60,162 nt of DNA, taken from positions 1 to 60,162 of IMG/VR virus record IMGVR_UViG_3300035703_000098. The stretch is one strand, 5' to 3'. The translations under genes and the position numbers were made by a program. The stretch is from a virus. Its lineage: Duplodnaviria; Caudoviricetes. Each line of letters opens with the position of its first letter. The stretch's first letter is position 1. Positions 57,101-60,162 of the stretch are shown here, one piece after another. The notes under the pieces are model-generated. The model saw only the letters and a list, made by a program, of their open reading frames with translations. It made no database searches and had not been told where the DNA came from.

Positions 57101-60100
57101 GTCCTCGCCGCCCTTGATGCGCGCCGCTCGCTCAAAGTCTTCGATCGTCTTCGGGTTCTCCACTCCGGCCTTCATCTCCGCGATTTTTGCCTGCCGCTCT
57201 TCGGTAACGGCTTTACGCTGTGCTGCGTGCTTCTGGATGTGGTCGTCGGTCAGTTCATCAAGCCTCTTCGCGATCGCGTTAGCCTTTGCGGCCTTCATGT
57301 CGCCACTCATCTGATAACTGATGCCACGGTCGGTCACATTCAGCGACTCGCCACTCATCCAGTTCTGCATCAGACTATTGATTAGATCGGCCTTCTTTTC
57401 GCGACCGACCCAGCCGCGTGCGCCGCGCTTCTTTAGGTCTGCGACGCTCATTTTCTCCAGTTCACCGCGCACAGCTGACTGGAACTCCGGCGACTGCATT
57501 TCCTTGTGCCATTGCCGGACTTCATTTGCTGTTGTTTCTCCACGATCAAGGCGATCGTGCATTTCCGCGAGCCTGGCGATGCTGTACGGCGGCAGGTCTG
57601 TCCTTTCCGCTGCTGGTAATGGCATGTCGGCCTTCATCGATGTCGTTTGCTGTCGCTGTGAGAACTCTTCGAGCATCCGTTTCGCCAATGCGGGATTACT
57701 GGCAATGATGTCCTTCATCGCCGCTTTCGCGTCTTTGAGCGTTCTGCCGTTTTTCTGAACTGTACTAAGTGCAAGGGCATCTCCATGCTTCTCGAATAGC
57801 TCGCGAGCCTCGTCACGAATCTGAGATGACTCAAGTCGTTCTTGTCTTGCTTCTTCCACCTGCGACTTCTTCAGGTCATCAATCTGTCTGTCAATGTCAC
57901 CCCGTTTGCTGAGTGGCACATTGACTTGAGCCGTATCGACACCCTTTGAAGCCGCCTTCGTCGCTTTCCTTGCACGAACATACGCATCATCAGACGGTCG
58001 CGAACCCGCCTTCGACAACTCCCGCTGTCTCGCCACTAGATCCGGGTATTCCTGCAGTACATCATCGGGCACGTAGATGCCGCGCGCCAGATAACCCTCG
58101 ACGTGATTCTTGTGCTGTCCTAACTGCTCCTCCACGGCTCTGACCTGATAATCTCTCAGCGTAACGCCTTGCCGCATCAAGTCGGCCTTGCGCTCCTGTG
58201 TTAGATAGCCTTGCAGATGCCGAGGCCTGTCTGCTTTGGCCCAATCGCTGGCTGCCTGCTGCGCGGCATCGTAGGCCAGCCGCCGCTTGTCGAGCCGATG
58301 GAGCTTGTCCGCCTCTTCGGCTGTCATACTCTCCCACGCCTCTTTCGACCTGTCGTCGCCGACATCTACCAACTCCCGTTGCCCATCCAGCGGCTTGTTC
58401 GCGGCAGCTCGTTCCTCGTCCGCGTCTGAGATCTTCTCCAGCTCCGACTTCGGCACGGCAGACTCAGTGGACTTCGTGGACGACTTCGGCGCCGACACAT
58501 TGAACAGCTTGCCCTGTGAGTCCGGATTGAACAGGTTCTGCTGCTGGCCGGGGACGGTTGGCTGAGATGTTGCTCGCTCAGGTGTTTCTGGGCGCGCAGT
58601 CGGTAGTACCAATCGCGGATCAATCTCCTTCGTCGGCTCAGCTTGCTTTGACTCCGGCTTCCAATTGGGCATGTCCGCTGTCGCCACTAACACATTCTTA
58701 CCCCGCAACACGGCGCGAACTTCCGCTTGTGTGCCGCCTCCGTATGTGGCAATCGACAACTTTTCTCCGGGCTTCATCCTGGTCTTGAGCTCGTCCAATG
58801 TTGTGACGCCAGCAAACCTGCCTTTCCCGCCGCGAATTTCGCCAAGCTGTCGCTCGTTATTCTGCTTTAGCTTTACTGCACTGGAAGACGAGCGATTTCG
58901 TTCGGCCAGCTCGTTGGCGGCATTGGGCATCGCGTCTGCGTACTCGCGAAGCACTTCATCCGGAATTGAATCCGGATCGTAAATCAATGCGGCCTGCACC
59001 CATTCCTGATGATGGCCGGAATCATCTTGGCCGATCAGGAACTTACCGCCTGCAGGATCGAGTGCGTTGGCATACTCATCGGAAGTCAGCGTCCATGGAT
59101 CACGCCCGGTTGCTTTGCGGACGGCATGACCGCCTGATCTTGCGCGAGATGACAGCGCCGACTCGGACACCTTGCGACCACTTGACGACTTCGCTGCCAC
59201 ATCCGAACTGGACACCTCGCCGCTTCCATCTTTCGCCGGCTGTTTCTTACCTACTTCATGCGGCTTCTTGCCGTGCAGGGCCGGAACGGTCGGGTGGCTG
59301 GCAATCCGGCCTTCGCCGTCCAGCAGAACCGGAGTGCCGCCCGCGTGCTCCTTGCCGTCCTCTTCGTGACCGCCGATCGTCACCCAGCGGAATTCGCCCT
59401 GACCCTTCGCGGACTGGCGGGCGTAGCGCTCGCAGGCAACCCGCATCGCATACGACAAAGAATACCTGTTGACATCCCCATCAGAATGACGACCATCAAT
59501 ATCGGTCCCTTCAGAAGACGGGCGAGCCGTCCTGGGCGTTCTGTGAGGGGAGTCGGCACTCGCCGATTCATCCACTCTCGACCCTTTTTTCTTCTGAAGG
59601 GACTTTAATGCCAACTCTCGTCTGCCAGTCCTGACAGCCTGAATTGTGACGACATGACCGTTGAATCTCTTGCTGAACAATAACTGCAAACTCCCATGTG
59701 CATCCCGCTTCCGCAGCAGTTCCACATGGTCAGGCGAAGCCATGATTTCGGGTATCTTCATGAAGTCTTCGCGGCTGATCGGCAATTGCGATCGACTTGC
59801 TTCAATAGCCGGATCCGAATGACGATTAACGGCATGCCGCACATCATCAGCATCAATGATCAGGCTGTAACCTTCGACATCAACGCCAGTAGCAACTCTG
59901 ATCTTGTCAGCACCGATTTGGCTGACATCGGCATAATAAACCGCATCCCGGCCAGCAGCTTTTGACGACAAAGCGCGGTCAACCAATTGGCTAATTTCAG
60001 CAAGACCGCCTGTTCGCGTTCCTTGCGGTAAACGTGATCGCTGCCTGTTTGTTTGCGGCGAAACGGTCCACCGCCCTTGTTCGTCTCGCTTCTGATCTGG

Positions 60101-60162
60101 ATCAAACGCATACCGCTCGACCGCCGGTTTCTTCGTGGCTCCGTCCTGATACAACCACTTCA
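54170..60162 (-). CDS. Giant polyvalent protein (about 2169 aa with 128..644): InPase + PBECR RNase + N6-adenine DNA methyltransferase + unknown modules
   Basis: PBECR-like DDVRHAVNRH...QLPISREDF..IPEI...PD...LFSK (~59590-59950); MTase FFPTP, LEPSAGKG and MNPPF (~55175-55675). Confidence 0.88.
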   Translation of the reverse strand, partial: KWLYQDGATKKPAVERYAFDPDQKRDEQGRWTVSPQTNRQRSRLPQGTRTGGLAEISQLVDRALSSKAAGRDAVYYADVSQIGADKIRVATGVDVEGYSLIIDADDVRHAVNRHSDPAIEASRSQLPISREDFMKIPEIMASPDHVELLRKRDAHGSLQLLFSKRFNGHVVTIQAVRTGRRELALKSLQKKKGSRVDESASADSPHRTPRTARPSSEGTDIDGRHSDGDVNRYSLSYAMRVACERYARQSAKGQGEFRWVTIGGHEEDGKEHAGGTPVLLDGEGRIASHPTVPALHGKKPHEVGKKQPAKDGSGEVSSSDVAAKSSSGRKVSESALSSRARSGGHAVRKATGRDPWTLTSDEYANALDPAGGKFLIGQDDSGHHQEWVQAALIYDPDSIPDEVLREYADAMPNAANELAERNRSSSSAVKLKQNNERQLGEIRGGKGRFAGVTTLDELKTRMKPGEKLSIATYGGGTQAEVRAVLRGKNVLVATADMPNWKPESKQAEPTKEIDPRLVLPTARPETPERATSQPTVPGQQQNLFNPDSQGKLFNVSAPKSSTKSTESAVPKSELEKISDADEERAAANKPLDGQRELVDVGDDRSKEAWESMTAEEADKLHRLDKRRLAYDAAQQAASDWAKADRPRHLQGYLTQERKADLMRQGVTLRDYQVRAVEEQLGQHKNHVEGYLARGIYVPDDVLQEYPDLVARQRELSKAGSRPSDDAYVRARKATKAASKGVDTAQVNVPLSKRGDIDRQIDDLKKSQVEEARQERLESSQIRDEARELFEKHGDALALSTVQKNGRTLKDAKAAMKDIIASNPALAKRMLEEFSQRQQTTSMKADMPLPAAERTDLPPYSIARLAEMHDRLDRGETTANEVRQWHKEMQSPEFQSAVRGELEKMSVADLKKRGARGWVGREKKADLINSLMQNWMSGESLNVTDRGISYQMSGDMKAAKANAIAKRLDELTDDHIQKHAAQRKAVTEERQAKIAEMKAGVENPKTIEDFERAARIKGGEDKLTSEQRATYDDLRATARRESERGKKATVTASTAAVGSVGGFDLTKNFHSKRGHDIFTASPKNRVGTDEYNSMNAAARRLGGWYYKAYGGTPGGFHFPTEDARRQFVSVMEGGSADASDQMAAKAELRAQTASESLREKAASIHEAATAELGRERQTNTSRRADMAASIEGRAHASVAKAKTMQTLADHLERGELQHLAGVRHGTHLDTLDSLLNQAKYATVRHMRKERGDGKDRMTWREEESILDGPAAREHVDHAEFPYPRLHKSDILKYAAELSDVPGLKNIAASLKKKAEEGFERKGNGLAFSGGELITSKKTRLFGVPDGKAVRVHRSSDPKLKGELQQHGLEHAYTADGGKTFAKSPDEAIVAAGSRGHKLDLVDAPTSDSEMVTFSEPDEIARLETVASRLKKSPDRNRQRIADDLNWRLEQVKRLRSMDITNPPELRAALREYQSLKVGKQQTDPIKAAERALAGRKIDGFFPTPKTLANRLVDEADIRPGMKVLEPSAGKGDLLDVLKERHGDAIEPHAIEPHSDLRGVLDAKGHKLVGDDFLKHSEGGYDRIVMNPPFENAQDIEHVKHAFSLLAPGGRVVAIMSAGGGRKREEFDAWLTGQGGVSEDLPEGSFASNEAFRKTGVNTRLVTIEKPSMPDSDVSREPYGMLRRAFDAVHVERYELKPSAPAESHPKAGKTRGGKKRVATSQRARQPGDGTPGWQKVGGSSVFVNGDGKITKGCPGLKGEHVNDLIGEDDLSRDRRAARQAHAEAAGKTGKDMKTADLKKLESPAAQQKHAAARSAARATGVSTRDVLRAMTEEHQRMSQDHLLFEQARAEARKMTGLNSGRQGFIENAYRDHSTVPGFDEGARTFAYAFQHLGFDPDDTENPQKVWDFIREGAKPAVKEWSQEVADSAAERLMRDRKAAKRVQKQPSASADDDFGDSDGFDDFDNFSGDENGFDGPQTWSRESTIDTLAEQLAGVPF
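60036..60162. repeat. Terminal direct repeat, copy 2
   Basis: Identical to bases 1-127. Confidence 0.95.

Noticed and set aside
60036-60162. 127-bp terminal repeat as a biological DTR or packaging end
   Set aside because: It falls inside a coding sequence and equals a common assembler k-mer length; best explained as circular overlap.
1-60162. CRISPR array, diversity-generating retroelement or retron
   Set aside because: No regularly spaced repeats, no reverse-transcriptase motif and no TR/VR pair with adenine-specific mismatches were seen by eye.

Overview
The window is an apparently complete, circularly permuted temperate tailed-phage genome of about 60,035 bp. Bases 1-127 repeat bases 60036-60162, which I read as an assembly overlap. 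The host is most likely a Planctomycete (inferred from the integrase N-terminus, CsrA, a secreted HEAT-repeat moron and ~60% GC). Almost all genes run on the minus strand: a replication/recombination module (primase-helicase, ERCC4 nuclease, RecD2, Sak4-like ATPase, SSB-like protein, exonuclease, CsrA); a variable small-gene region; a protease/PLA2-like cluster; terminases; a DUF935 portal; Mu-like head genes; a non-contractile tail module with a -1 frameshift chaperone; and a glycosyltransferase. A short plus-strand block holds morons, an attP (3' half of tRNA-Ala GGC) and a tyrosine integrase. The most interesting signals are: (1) a ~2169-aa polyvalent protein that spans the contig junction and is truncated in the ORF track (inorganic pyrophosphatase, PBECR RNase and N6-adenine methyltransferase domains), whose domains are separated by an (E/N/A)RY(A/S) motif also clustered in the prohead protease/scaffold and in a KTSC protein, suggesting a shared head-maturation cleavage code; (2) a duplicated RNA leader fused to intrinsic terminators just before the cement and major capsid genes, a candidate antitermination system; (3) a terminase whose Walker A Lys and Walker B Asp are both Thr; (4) one atypical initiator-like tRNA-Met plus two tRNA-like RNAs without a normal anticodon arm; (5) no recognisable endolysin or CI repressor. 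All family calls come from motif recognition by eye, not database searches.
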